From the NCBI RefSeq assembly GCF_009914755.1, contig NC_060933.1: a stretch of 64,000 nt of DNA; one strand, given 5' to 3'. Below the pieces are notes generated by a model, which saw only the letters and a program-made list of their open reading frames with translations, made no database searches and had not been told where the DNA came from. The position numbers and the translations under genes are program-made. The DNA is from the human T2T-CHM13v2.0 reference genome, Homo sapiens. Below, one piece after another: positions 1-15,138 of the stretch. Numbering within the stretch: the stretch's first letter is position 1; each line of letters begins with the position of its first letter.

Positions 1-342
1 TAACAGTAGTAATAGCATATACTTTTCCTACTATAAAAGAAAATATGAACCTCACAACTGCCACTTATTTACACTCTCTTAAGCCTTCCAGATAACAGAC
101 AGCTGGGTAATGGTTACTAAGATGACTTTGCCTCTTCCTTCTATTCCATTTTTAATTCTCCTTAATGTATCTCATTTATGTTTTTCTCTTTCTATATTTT
201 TAATTTATCCCTCTAATTTCTTGACCTCGTATATTTATTCTCTTATTCTGAATGCAAAGCAGCACCAGTATTTTTTAATTTAGCTGCTAAGGAAAATATC
301 TCTATTTGTGTATGTTCAATTGGCATAACGAGTGCACTGAAG

Positions 343-573
343 TAGTGTTTCTCAACTTTGGTGCTATTGACATTGGGGGCTGCATGATTTGTTATAAGTG
401 CTATTGACATTGGGGCTGTCCTGTGCCTTGCAGGATGTTCAGCAGCACCCCTGACACCCACCCAGTACATGCCAGTAGCACATCCTGCCCCCTATTCTGA
501 CAACCAAAAACGTCTCCAAACGTTACCAAATATTCCCTGGGAAACAACTTCCCCACCAGGTGGAGACCCACTG
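343..573 (-). mobile_element. MER20 hAT-Charlie DNA transposon fossil
   Basis: Matches reverse complement of MER20 (tttctcaac..tattgacatt..ggctgtcctgtgc..atgccagtagca..tgacaaccaaaaa..ccactg). Confidence 0.85.
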
Positions 574-745
574 CAATATGGTAAAACTATTCCCTTCACT
601 GTGTCACATTGCTGGAGCTAAGACGGAATAAAGATGTGATAAATATGAAATGGGAATAACAAAAAATCACATAGACACACACACACATATACGCATCCAA
701 AATTATTTTGAATGTGCAATTCAAGCATTTAAAAAGCCTGAAGTT

Positions 746-1084
<339 letters not shown>

Positions 1085-1729
1085 TTATTTGATGGCTAAA
1101 AAATTAGTTCTGCTACTTTACTTATGAAAGCTAACCTGGAAGAGCTCTAAGTAAGGCACTAGCTGTGATTTAAGACCAGTATGTTTTAACATCCAATTAA
1201 AATAAATCCTTCTAACAGCACTTTTATAAAATCACTTAGCTTGTTAAAACATATAAAATGTTTGGCTCCCCTGGGCTAGATTATGATTAAGGTACATTCA
1301 GAGAGGAAAAAAATGCTTCTCATTTCACAAGGTCACAGTCCATTTCCAAATGAGCTTATACTTCACTATTTTCCAAATTGGGTTGTTTTTTGTATGTGTT
1401 TTTTGTTTGTTTGGGGTTTTTTTGCTTCCTTCACTAAACTAGCCAAGGTCCTCCTACTTCTGAGCATTACTGTAAATCTAGATACTGTCAAATAGCATTT
1501 AATCTCCAATGAATTTTAAAAGCCTTGTAAATTACAAAAGAAATAACCAGGGTATATTTTTTTTTCCTTTTAAGTTTTCTCTCCTGTGGTCAGTAAATAC
1601 ATGTCAACATCCACCTTCTTTATTTTAAGCACCAATGCAGATAGCATTAAGTGGATGTCGCATACACTTGGGACATATGGGAAGCCTCATGAGATAATGT
1701 TTACATGCTTGAGATCCGCAGTTGATTCC

Positions 1730-1926
1730 ACCCGGGTTTGAAATCTGGCTCCCAACCTTTCTCCCCTATGTGTCTTTGAGGATGTTGCCCTCTCTAAGCC
1801 TCTAGTTCCTCAAGTGTGAGGGGTGGAAATTTTTGTACCTATTTTATGGAATTGCTATGAAATGGAAATACAAAGGTTTTATCACATATCCTGCAGAGTG
1901 AGCTGTATAATAAATGTTGACTATTA
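1730..1926 (+). mobile_element. MIR SINE, degenerate
   Basis: MIR core ctctctaagcctctagttcctcaagtgtga and 3' end aataaatgttgactatta. Confidence 0.6.
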
Positions 1927-2048
1927 CAGATTCATTAATCAATAGATGAGCTTCAACGTAAGTATTGTCTCACGCAAAAACCCCACTCCTCCCCCTCCTA
2001 AATCTATGTAATCCTGTATTTCTTTATGTCATACCCCCACCTCCAGGT

Positions 2049-2078
2049 ACACACTACACACATATGCACACATACACA

Positions 2079-2113
<35 letters not shown>

Positions 2114-2114
2114 A
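2049..2114 (+). repeat. Interrupted (CA)n followed by A23
   Basis: Read directly from sequence. Confidence 0.9.
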
Positions 2115-2929
2115 CCTCACGCCTGGCAATCCTATTCCCTCCATCACACTCAATACCTCAAGTTCCTATCCAAGACATGATGAAGCCCTGTGCCTCCTTC
2201 AACATCATCAAAACATTCCAGTTACTAAGCTTGTGGACCCATCATCTCACGTCGCCTTCAACATCTTAGACAGATCTTATCTCCATCACCTTGTCTCCAC
2301 CCCTGCCGTCCCCACTCTGATTCAGTCTCTTGCCTTCTACAACCAGGGCAATTTTAGAAGCATTCCAACTTATCTATATTTACAGTAGCATCCCTACTCT
2401 GATACACTCTTCATAGTGAAGTCAGAGTATGTTTTCTAAAGAACATATCCCATCATTACTTCCCTCTGTGACATACTGCAATGTGCTCCTGGTCCCTGAC
2501 CTTCGGGATCAACTCCAACCCTCAGAATCTAACAGGTAAGTCTATTTATGACCTGAGCCCCGTCGTTCTATCCCATTTTGACCAATAGTGAGTGCCTTTC
2601 ATACAAACCTATACAATAACCACAGCAAACTATCTCCAGGTCCCTGAATAAGTGACATTACTCCTAATACTTTTTTGTATATTAAGACTGTTGCCTGGCA
2701 TGTAAATCTCCATGCATTTGTTTGCCTAGCTCACTTTCTAGACCTCCTTTAAGCATCACCTTCTTCATGAAGCAGTTTCAGAACCCTCTGAGGCTGAGAG
2801 ATGCTCCTTCATCTGAATTCCCTTCTTACAACTCCCTAAGCCCACCTTAAGGAGCTTACCCTCCATTATAGTAGCTTTCTCATCTATCACACCCACCAAA
2901 ATTCACAGCCAAACATTAGCTCATTTTCA

Positions 2930-3512
<583 letters not shown>

Positions 3513-3754
3513 TGAATGAAATGAACGAATAAAGTGAATATTAAGGAAATTAATCGTTTCATTTAGTTATAAAAAGCCATAATGGACAAAGACATAATCA
3601 AACGGCATTTTTAAATGGCTTGCATACCTAAGATAGCCATAAAGGATGTTGCACTTTAATAAAAAATTAAAGATCTGAAACACAGAACTGATTTTCAGGT
3701 TCCACTTAATAATTTCTAAACTGGAAATCTCAACAATCAAAACATGGGAGCCGT

Positions 3755-4230
3755 AAGGATGCATGCACACATACATTTATCACAGCATTATTCACAATAG
3801 CAAAGACACGGAATCAACCTAAATGTTCATCAACAGTAGACAGGATAAATACACTGTGGTATATATACATGAGGAAATACTACCCAGCTATGAAAAAGAA
3901 TGAGATAATGTCCTTTGCAGTAACACAGATGGAGTGGGAGGCCATTATCCCAAGTGAACTAACACGCAGGAATGGAAAACCAAACACCTCAAGTTCTCAC
4001 TTATAAACGGGAGCTAAACATTGAGTACACACAAACACAAAGAAGGAAACAAGAGACAACAGGGCCTAATTGAGGGTGGAGGGTGAGGAGGGTGAGGATC
4101 AAACAACTACCAATCAGGTATTATCTGAGTGATGAAATAATAAGTACACCAAACTCCCGTGGCACACAATTTATCTATATAGAACCAATCTGCACATGTA
4201 CCCCTGAAACTAAAATAAAAGTTTTAAAAA
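3755..4230 (+). mobile_element. L1 3' end (old L1PA, L1PA15/16-like)
   Basis: ORF2 end and 3'UTR motifs (ttcacaatagcaaagac, gttctcacttataa, ctgcacatgtacccctg, aataaaag). Confidence 0.9.
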
Positions 4231-7084
4231 ATGTGATAGCCAGATTATTATCAGAAACCAGCAAGGCATAAAGTGGAACATCAAGTACCACTTTAATAGC
4301 AAAATGTCTGATTTCCCCATGACAATCTGTAGTACTCCCTAAATTATTAACAGACCCAGGCACCACAAGCAGCGGGGACTCACTTGGGAAGCGAGCAACA
4401 CATTTATTTAGTTCTAAGATTGATGAATCAGAGGAAGGGGAAAGCAGCAGCAGTTATTTTGATCTGTGGGGGGTCTTGGTGCCTTTTGTATCTCAGCCTC
4501 TGCTGGTGTTGAGGCTCTTTGTGGGTGCAGGCCTGCAGGCTGCTTGTGTCTCTCTCTCCTGCTATCTCTGCTGACAGCTTCTCTGTGTGACAGCTTGGAA
4601 TCCCGGCAGTGAAGTGTGAAAATAAAACACAGGCAAAACTTTACATGGGAATTTAAAATTGGAGTTATATTTTTGAAAGTTTTGAACGCATTAAACATCC
4701 AGAAAACTGCTTCCTTGTTAGAGCGCACAGGGAAGGAGGAGTGAACAAGGTCAAATCCAATTCAGACATCATTTCACACGAGGCTCCACACCACCCTCAC
4801 TGTCCTTACGACCCCGGGAGTCCTAGATTAAATGTTCTGAGTCAAGTTAATGTCAACTATTTGACCTTTTCAAAACCACGGTTTTCCAAAAGTTAACATC
4901 TACCACATCACACTTATGTTCCTTCTGTTACATGGTTTGCTCTTTTAATAGAAGTTTTAAAAAAACTTTGTCATAATCTAAGGAGATGAGAGAATCTATA
5001 CTCTCTTGTCTCTTCTTGATTCAGTCTTCTCTCCCCCAGCCCCCTTCACTTTCAGGGCATTCCAGAATTCAAGTTTAACGAGGGCAAAAGACAGTCCTGC
5101 CAAAGTCAACAATCAATACTTCTCAATAATAAAGGAAATACAGTATTTTGGCCCATATTTGCTTTCTATAGGATAAGATTCCAAAAGCGAAGAGGAGGAT
5201 AATTATCAACTCCAATTCCCCAAAACCTTTGTAGTATAAATGTTTCTGAAAGGCACTGTGTTTTGCAATGGTTTGATAGAACAAACTCCCTTATGTATAA
5301 AATGACATATTTTTGGCCACAGATACATAAAAACACAGAACACATTTATATCCAGTCTAATAACATAAAATTGATGGCATGGTTTGGAACCTATTCTCTG
5401 GATTAAAAGTAGGGTCCAGTAGTAGAAAGGGTGATTTAAACAACCTAAAATAAAATGCTTTGGTAAAGAATAAAATGTTTCATGCAAATATGCATTAATA
5501 ATACTGTGCCAATAATATCGAGAGCAGTTCATGTCACAATGCAAATCAGAAAAACAATCTCAGGAATTTCTGAGTTAAACAGATGACCCTGTTCGAAGTA
5601 CATAGAGGGTTGGGATGGAAACCGATAAGAAATGGAAGGTGGTAGTACAGGAATAGCAACCATTAGCCTCAACAGCCTATAAAAAGGATTCCATCTTTAG
5701 AGGCAGAAACTAGTCGCTTCCTACTGAATTTCTGGAATCCTAAAATGATGCATTCTCATCTAGCATCATCCCACAACTTCAAAGCAGTTTGTTCATTATC
5801 ATGCAATTTCAGCAAATCACATCCTCTTGATACGATTTCTGATCTGGAAATTCAGATATTTAAATAACTGTTCTCCAAATTCCTATTTCTAAAACTGCTT
5901 CAAAATTCCTAAACTTTCCCACAGTTATGAGAAAAATGTGTGATCCTTGATGGTCATCACTTCATATTCACTGTGATTATCTTTGCTCTCTCAGAGAATG
6001 ATGTCAGCAAAAGTTTCCTTTCACCACTTGCGGGTATCTATGAAACTACAATTTTACACAGGATGCACTGTCAGACAGCATAGAACGCCTTCAACTCCTG
6101 AGGCAATGTTGCTTTCAAATTGCTAAATTATCTTTTAAAAGATTCACCAATTATGTTGCAGGAAAAACACATGTGGTTTAGAATATAAATATTTACAACA
6201 GATACTGAGATTCAGAGGTGAAAGAATGAATAGTGATGTGATGTTTTCTCCCAAGAGACATTTGCCATGACTGAGACCACTGCCAAAGAAAGCTTTGTTC
6301 TCCATTCCCTCTGTGTTCCTGCCTGCTGAGCTCTTCTTCCACTAGTCATTACAACTACTTCTTTGGATAGCTTATGACTGTTGAGCAAATATGGCATTTG
6401 TGCCTTACAAAGCTTTCAATTTAACAAAAATTTCTCAAATGCACAAATGTACTAATTCTAATTACCAATATCTTATATTTCACACTGCATGTCTACTAGA
6501 GAAAAGATCAATTGGCCAGAAAGCAAATTAATCTCATTAAAATCCTTAATGTAATCCAGTACAGTAACAAGGAGATTAAATGTAATATTGAAACATTTCT
6601 TATAAATCATATTTTATATATTAGATACTATGATTCTTTTGTTTCTACTGCATAATTACACATATATCATTTTGAATAATTTATATTATCTATTTAAAAT
6701 CTATTTAATTAATCAAGAGAAATAAAGGAAAGAATGAAATTGAAAAGAAAAATTTATCTAAAAGCCGTATGTAAGAAGCAAAAGCGCTAACACTGGAAAA
6801 CCAATGTTGAAAAGAACCCACAGTTTTCAATGATACCACCTGTTCCTCCTTGAAAGCTAATTAAAATACACCTTAGGAAACATAATTGCCTACAGCTTTA
6901 ATTACATCTCTTCCAAGAATAAAGGGCTACCACTCCCAGGATATGTTTTCTCACTCAGCTACTGGTGTGTCTTCTCTCGTGTTGAATCTCTTTCTGACAT
7001 CATAAGTGACTGCCCACCTTTCCATATATGTGCAATCATGAGATTCAAAGCCTGTATCATTTCAGAACCTAGTAAATTCAATAG

Positions 7085-7290
7085 CAATTTTATATTTATA
7101 CCTATCTCTACATTGAGTATATATACACACAAACATAATGTACGTACATCTATATACTATATATGATATTAAATATACACACACAGCTACAATTATACTA
7201 CCTAGCAAAATACAGATACTATATAAATACATAAACACACATACACACATAAATACATACAAATATGCCTATACTTCTATATCTATGTCT
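7085..7290. repeat. Low-complexity TA/CA-rich tract
   Basis: Degenerate (TA)n/(CA)n mixture. Confidence 0.7.
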
Positions 7291-10146
7291 TTCCATTACC
7301 AGAACAAATTATGATATGCATCTGTTGGCAAATACATTGTTTGACATTCAGAACTAATTTTCCACTGGAAACAATGTCCCAGACTAGCCCATGGCAGGCT
7401 TACAAATCCAACATGTAGTCGAATGATTGGCCTCACGGGACTGATTTGAGTTTCAGGGCCCTGGAAGAAGATATGCTGTGAAAGCAGCAGCAACACAATG
7501 GAGGATAGGAAAGGGAAGAGGAGAAAGAACACATTTTCCTATATTTCCTAGGTTCAAAAATTTGAAACAGTCACTTTTTGGTATTCCTCCTCTCCCTTCC
7601 TTCACCTATCTCCTGACTTTGTTAGTGCCCTCAAGTGTCCTCCACATTCTGCCTGTGGCCCTCTACCAAGGTTACGTCATTCCCAATCACGCCTCATGCC
7701 AACACATCCACAGCTTCCCTGATCAATCATCCATAGACGCAGACACTCAGTGTAGATGAACTCTTTTAGATGTTAGAAATCAGTTTTTAGTTAATGGTAA
7801 AGTCCGTATAACCAAAGCAAACACATTTTATTTACATGTTTGTTTCTTAAAGAACATGCTTACTAATGCAAATAAGAAACTGAGAGAACTATAGCTAGCG
7901 AAGAAAAAAAAAGAAAGAAAAAGAGAGGGCATAGATGCAGTGGGTTACAGTTTTACATATTTTGGAACAGGCTAGTTTGAAGCAACAGTTTAACCAAGAA
8001 GCTGCTAGAACTTGAGATAATTCTGTTATTCCCAGCCTTCTCTTTTTCCACTGAGAGAAGCACCATGTCTTTAAAAGCTTTTGTCCCTCAATCTGTACCT
8101 CCTCCCCATCTCCATACACACACGTATCTAGACTGCTTAGGAGAAGCTTCTCCAACCAAGATCAGGTTAGCAGCAGAAGAAAGTGGTGGTGCAAAGCCGC
8201 CAGCCCTGAACGATGTGCATGCGTCATATAGACAAGTTGCTTTTGTAGAGATACCCCACTGCAAACATTCTTTTAAAGATGACCTGAAAATTCCCATCCT
8301 TGAATATAAATTCATTTCTCCACTGTCATTATTGTTTCTAGCAAACTACTTAATATAAAAAGCAACTACAGCAATAAGAATTCAGTGATTGCCCTTCCCC
8401 ACTTAAAATACATAATATCTACTGTTTTCATTATTACATTCTTGGAAACCAGTACATTACTTCAGCTCTAAAAGGTGCTGAACAACCGACCACGGTAGGA
8501 GAAGACAATGGAAATCTCCAAAAAGTTCTACAAACATTTCCCACAAAACATGCAAGGATTTTTTTTAAACCCTTAAATATGAAAAATCACTTCATAGCCC
8601 ACATTTATGAACATATGTACGTAAAAAATTCAATGAGACAGCAAAATAGCGATATAGACACCTTTGTCATTCAGTACAAGCTAACCACACAATGTGCAGA
8701 ATGTATGTGACTCATCAAAACATAATAAAAATGCATTATGCATTAGGTAAACAACAAATAGTGTTTTTGCACGAGAGAAGTCTAAATAAGAATGTAAATT
8801 TATTTATTAAACCTCTTCAATGAGACTTCGACTCCTACCGGGATATACCCATTCTTAGCATGACAAACAAAAACTAACAACAGGAGTTCCCAGGGAGGAA
8901 GCCTGAACTTGGGCTTTAAATAATTAACACCTTTCAAAGAAAACATAAATGTTTGGGGGGATACATATCCAAATTACACCAATATCACACGTACCCCCAA
9001 AATATGTACTATGTCAATAAGAAATAAATTAAAAACCCCTGTGGTACACAACATATACATTTTTGCAATTAAAAAGAAAACTATATGAAATTATAAAAAA
9101 CATTTAAAAATAATTAACACCCTTTTTTCCCTTAATTTATGCCTATGGCAATTTGTTGTTAGCAGTTAAGCCAAAATGTTATCCTAGTGTAGCAGGTGAT
9201 GTACAAAGCTCTTTCTTAAAACATTGAACAGAACATCACATTTAAGGAAAATTAAGGAGGCTGAAATGGGGGAGGTCTGAGTATATTTTCATTAAATATC
9301 AAAGATTTAGTAATACTAATTACATGTTTTCTTCCCACTCAGTTAAGTGTATAAAACAGATATTCACTATTTTAGCTCTTCTAATGTAGGCCTATCATAG
9401 GTTTTTGCTGTTCCTTTCTGAGTTGTTGTTTATTTTTTTGTAAGCGAGTTTCTGCTGTTGCTATTTTGTTTTCAGTATTTGTTTCAAGCATTCAAGACTA
9501 TGACTTGCAGGTTTCCCAAAAAAAGTGTCTAAAGGCTTTTAAACCTGGGTTCTAGAGAGATGAGTTTTAACAATAACTCCAACAGTTACCTTAATCACTG
9601 CCTTAATAGGTCCACATGATTTTCCACATCTTAACTTTTGTAAGAGGAATATAAAAAAAGAGCAGCAGGCTTGGAAGAAAAGGTGGATCTGGCTTAAGAA
9701 GGCATACCACTTTTGAGTGCCACACACAAAGCTGTATTTTCTGCATGTGCTGTGGTGTCTCTCTGAAGGAATTCTCTTCAAATCTGACTTTGCATTCATG
9801 ATTTGACTGTCAGGTTTGAAAGCAAAATTTATGAAAACATAGGGAGAATATAAGACCCTAAAAGTTAAGCTTCTTTGAAAAATGTTAATTCATAACTTGG
9901 ATAAGCCTCTCTCTTTCATGGAGACACTCCTTTCTCAAAAAAAAAAAAAAAAGTGTATACATAAGTGAGAGAGAGAGAAAAGGAAATTACAGAGGACATC
10001 AGTTGTTTGCAAACAGTTCACTTTTTTCAGGCTGGTTTTAATAAGCCTCCAATTCAGCTCCAACCTGACTCTCAGAACCCACCTCCTCTATATGTCATCA
10101 AGGAAAAGGAGGAAGAAATAAAATTTAAAAGTCCTTCTTGCCAGTC

Positions 10147-10766
10147 CTATGGCAGGTCATATTTTCCAAAGATGCACATATCTCACGCCATAAGGTCTCC
10201 TTCCACTAGCAGTGGGGAGTCTATTCCCTCCATTTGAATCTGGGCACAGGGTTGTGACAGCACTGGCCATAGAGTATGCTGGAAGTGATGCTATGTGAGT
10301 TCCCAGCTAAGTCGCAAGGAGACACGGCTTCTGCCGACTCTCCTTCTGGCAGTCTTCATTCTGCCTTCTTCCCTTTTCTTCCCCGACCAGAACCAGGAGT
10401 CCTGGGCTAAGACGTAAGGGTTCCAACTACTCCGAAGCTGCCATGCTAGAGAGAACTCATCAGGAGACCAAATACAGACAGAAAGGGAGGTGTCTGAGGA
10501 GTCCTAACTGTACCAGCAGCGAATGTTCAAGAGGTCCCAACATCAACCAGTGGGCTTGTGAGTAGGTAAGGTCAGAAGACTCCAGCTACCCACCCCTCCT
10601 TAGAGTCTTCTCATTGCAGCTAAGATATGGTGGAGCAGCGAAAAGTCATCTCTGCTGCGCCCTATCTGAATTACTAACCTATAGAAATCTGTGATAGTAA
10701 CAGATGTCTTTTTATAAGCTACCAACGTTTTGTGTCATGTATTATACACATACAGAAGCTGAAACA
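10147..10766 (+). mobile_element. MLT1-family MaLR solo LTR
   Basis: MLT1 motifs (gagtctattccctccatttgaatctggg, gaagtgatgctatgtgagttcc, gctgccatgct, ..ctgaaaca end). Confidence 0.75.
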
Positions 10767-10849
10767 CTCCCAATGTGATTGCCAGCAAACCCAATTCTCT
10801 GCAAAATAAAAACAAGTATTATGTCCCAAGAACTATATTTTGTATATCA

Positions 10850-11005
10850 TCACTTCTCCTCACAATGATTTTGTAAGCCATCTCTATTTTACAAATGAGC
10901 AATACTGGGCTGGGAGAAGCTAATAAGGTGCTCAATGTCACACAGCTGACAAGTGAACCAAGATTGGAACCCAAGTCCCTCTGACTGCAAACCCCATGAT
11001 ACTCC
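10850..11005 (-). mobile_element. MIR
   Basis: attttacaaatgag..gtcacacagct..ggaacccaagtc..tgactgcaaa. Confidence 0.7.
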
Positions 11006-13074
11006 TCTTTCCTTCAATGATATCCCTCTTTCTTTCCCCTACAAGTTCACACTGCAGAGGAAATCATGTGACTAAGGTCTCAGTTATAGTACTGGGCTCA
11101 GTAAAACTAGCCTCACTCATTTCTTCCTTTCCAACTAACCTACACTGAATCCTATCATTTACAGACTAATACACAAATTATAGTAATTTCTATATATGTT
11201 GAAAAATAATAAAAGAATGAGGGAGCTATGTTAAGATTGATTAACAGGAAACTATTTACAAGAAGACACCTATTTAGAACAATATTAAGGGTGCCTGCTG
11301 TGTTTTGATTTTAAGGGTTACAGATTGCACTTTGACAAAAGTGCTTCTACGAATTATAATTATATTCATTTACTTCCCAATGAATATTTTCATTCAAAGG
11401 ATTTTACTGCTCTCTGTGGGCATATGATTAATATGCATGTGCTCAAACAATATTCACAAACTTCACAATCCTAGAGAGAGAAAAAACAGTGATCAGCTTT
11501 CCCCAGTCCGAGTAAATTGCTTTGAGTGAATTTCTGCACCTGTAAAGATGCTCTTCTGGGGATGGGCTGTGTTTGCATCCGGGGCTGGATGTCAAGATGC
11601 CCTTCTGTCCTGATATTTTTCAAGGGCAACAGCATTACATTGTTATTCCAATGGACAGAGCTCATAAAAAGACATCCTTATATTCTGGAGCCTTTAGGAG
11701 AAAGCTTTTCTTTGGCAGTGAATGAAAACAAAGGCAAAAGATGAAAGGAACCATCTTTCAAAGGAAACAAAAAGGCCTCTACAAAGAAGTGCATAAATGT
11801 AGAAAGCAGAAAAAAAAAAAAGGTACATTATATTTGGCGTGAGAGTAGAGACAAAGCAAGGCCCAATGGAGCAATACTCTTTCTTTACAAATACTGTCAG
11901 AATTTTGGGGAAAAAAAAATCATTTTTGAAGGTTCCAGGAACAAAACCAACAGACGAGAGCTTAAAATATACACAGCCACAATGTTTCCATTTTGTTGGA
12001 GTTTCAGAAGAACTCCTGTGGGCAAACGCTGCATGTAAAACAGACTGGGTGTGATGTAACTATATCAAGGCAACAAACACATCAGGAACAGTTGGAAACC
12101 AGCCAATACTTTGGTTTTATATAATGTCCATCAACTGGTTGGGCTGATTTTTTACCATAAATGGCCTGTTTTAAAACTGACTGAACAGTGGACTTGAATA
12201 AATAGTGTACCAAACTAACACCATAGAGAAATATACAGAATCAAAGGTGTTCAAGAATGTCAAGCAACAGCACAGCCACAGAAGAGGTACAGGCCGATAT
12301 TAATAAACCAAATCTAATCACATTTTCATTTTCCGACTGAAATCTTTCCCAAAGCAGTACCTTTACATACAGTGCTTTTTGTTAAAAATAAATAAATAAA
12401 AATAAAATGCCAAACGAGCACTAGGCTCCTCTTTATTATGTCTTTAAAAATAAAAGACTCAAGCCAGATTGGACAGTTTTCTTTGAAATTCTAGTTTCAG
12501 CTGCTTTCAGCGGCTCATTTTGAGAAACATCTGTCCAGTCTGGCTCTTGGGGAGATGTTCAAAGACAAGTGTTCTCATCTGAATGCTAAGGGACTCTCCT
12601 AAGGGAGTCAACAGTCCTCTGAAAGCAAGCAGAAACTATCAAAACATCTATAACCCTTGAACTTCTTTATCAAGTTCAGTGCACAGCGTACAATATGACT
12701 CAATTTCATCTTTAGTAAAAAATAAAGTTTGTCTGCTTCACTGCCACCTTTAAGACATCATGTTGTTTTCATATTAAAAACTTAAAATATTCAGTGACCA
12801 ATTAATTTGGAGGCAAAATTGGCCAAGTATAAAGTTATGCAGGGGAGAATTCAGATTTGAACACAGCTAACTTGGAATCTGAGTTCATGTACAACATATG
12901 TATATACAAACCCACATGTTGCATTTGTGAATGTAGGCACAGAGTGAAAATTCTCCACGTTTAGGTCCACAACACAGAGCCATGTCACGAAGAATTAACA
13001 CATGTTCTAATTCTCACCAGAAGTGATCCAAATAGGTTAATGAACACCTCCTACATTTCAGATATAATAATATA

Positions 13075-13250
13075 CATTGTCACAACAATTTCATAAAGTA
13101 GGTAATAGCTCCATTTTAGAAATAAGTGAAGGGGGGTCAAACAAGCCAAAAATGTGTCCATGTTCACATAGTTGCAACTGGCAAAGCTAGGATCGGAACC
13201 AGAGTTATTTTGACTAAGAGGTCCAGAAACTTGGCTCTACCAAGCCACCA
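13075..13250 (-). mobile_element. MIR
   Basis: ccattttagaaataag..ttcacatagtt..ggcaaagctaggatcggaacc. Confidence 0.55.
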
Positions 13251-14835
13251 TCCAAGTAGAAGGTTACCAAATACCAAAATGAGGAAATGGTAAAATATTA
13301 TCCATGAGTCACTGAAACTACATAATAAAAAGGAAGCCAAAATAAGTTTTGACGCATTTAAAGCTAACTCTCTAAGGCATGGGTTAAAAGTTGAAAGCTA
13401 GCTATCAGAAGTTTAATTTTATATTCTCTCAAGTAAGAGAACCAAACAAAAGTAGATCAACCAGACCAAACTTTTAAAACACTTTAACTTCTCTATGAAG
13501 CTAATGTGTAAGATATGGTATTTCCCCCGGGGGAGAAGAGCCTGTGTAACATTGCTTTTCACTCTCATGATTGAAAGAAAAATCAATTAAAATTATCCTG
13601 GGAGACCTTTCATACCATTCCAAAGAGCCAAGAAAATGCTGGATACATTCTGAATGCAGCAAACACTAGACTCTCCTAAAAAATATTCCACATATATTGT
13701 TTGCTAAATCAAATTCAGTCCTTAGATTTTACAGGTTTAAGAGAATCTCTGGAATACATGGCAGAAATCAGAAAAAAAAACAAGCTTATCCTACATTTGG
13801 TTTCAAAGCGCTTTCTTTCAAGATCTCCCAATTTTTCTATGTTAAAATTTGTGATGGCTTCTCTCAAAACTCTGCCAGAAATTTATGAGGAATGAAAAAA
13901 CTCTTCTAACAGATTCAGAAATAAAACTATGGCATTTTCAAAGGAAAACCAATATGAATGCCTTTTAAATAAAGTTTGGTAAGGACAACACAAACCGTAT
14001 GTTCCAGGTATGTGATGTGAACCACATGGTCTGTGAGGCTTCTTGCACTTGATATGCTCCTCCTAAGGTGCCAACATCAACAAACAACAATGTGTACTGT
14101 GACTGAAGTTACAGCCAAGGTCGGATGGAAGTGTGGGCTCTGTTAGCCTTGATCTAATTTTTTAATGTCAAGCAAGAAAACTGACATTTTGGGGTACAAT
14201 ATTGCTATCCAAAGCAAATATGTGGAATGGAAAAAAGGCAAATATTAAATTCTGAAGTAAACAAAATAAGAGGTCCTTAGGTAAAATAAGAGTTTTTTTT
14301 TTTTTCTCAACTAGTCTCCTTTTCTCAGAGTAAGTTTCACATTTTATATACTACTCATATTCCCTGAGAACTTTACGTACATCAGTGTCTACATTTGGAG
14401 ATGATGAGGTTATTTGATTTAAAATTGAGAGGCCTTGGTTCAAATCTTTGTCTTTGATAATCTATATGTATAATGTCCCAAATAATCAGAAAAATAAACA
14501 ATTGAGTTATATCACTTTTACAGTTTTTTGAAATTCTGAATGCCTACAAAATTATTCTTTATTACAATAAAAAGTTCGCTATATAATGACAATATGAGAG
14601 TTATGTGGCTTAAAACAATTTTTATTTGCATAAATAGTCATCCTAGTCCACTTACTTGGCGAGTGATCAGTAATTTACAATGCTGAATAAATGTATCGTT
14701 TTCATAAGGGACAGATGTATTTTTATTTTTCCTTCTTATCCTTCTCATTTCCCTTATCCCATTATTCTTTCAGTACATAAGATCAAATGATGAATACACT
14801 GAGTTATCCAGATGTGGTTCAAAAAGGAAAAATAT

Positions 14836-15138
14836 AGCCAGGCGTGGTGGCTGACGCCTGTAATCCCAGCGCTTTGGGAGGCCAAGGCGGGCGGATCACA
14901 AGTTCAGGAGATCGAGACTATCCTAGCTAACATGGTGAAACCCCGTCTCTACTAAAAATACCAAAATTAGCCGGGCGTGGTGGTGGGCGCCTGTAGTCCC
15001 AGCTACTCAGGAGGCTGAGGGAGGAGAATGGCATGAACCCAGGAGGCAGAGCTTGCAGTGAGCCGAGATCGCACCACTGCGCTCCAGCCTGGGCGATAGA
15101 GCGAGACTCTGTCTCAAAAAAAAAAAAAAAGAAAAAAA
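14836..15138 (+). mobile_element. AluY
   Basis: Y diagnostics gagatcgag, gaatggcatgaacc, gagcttgcag; A tail; TSD about aaaaatata. Confidence 0.95.

Noticed and set aside
4591-4602. 12-nt match cagcttggaatc shared with the PTPRD 5'UTR exon (~60387)
   Set aside because: Many 12-mer matches are expected by chance in 64 kb, and this one does not extend.
13523-13534. Palindrome TCCCCCGGGGGA (EBF/AP-2-like)
   Set aside because: An isolated 12-mer within chance expectation.
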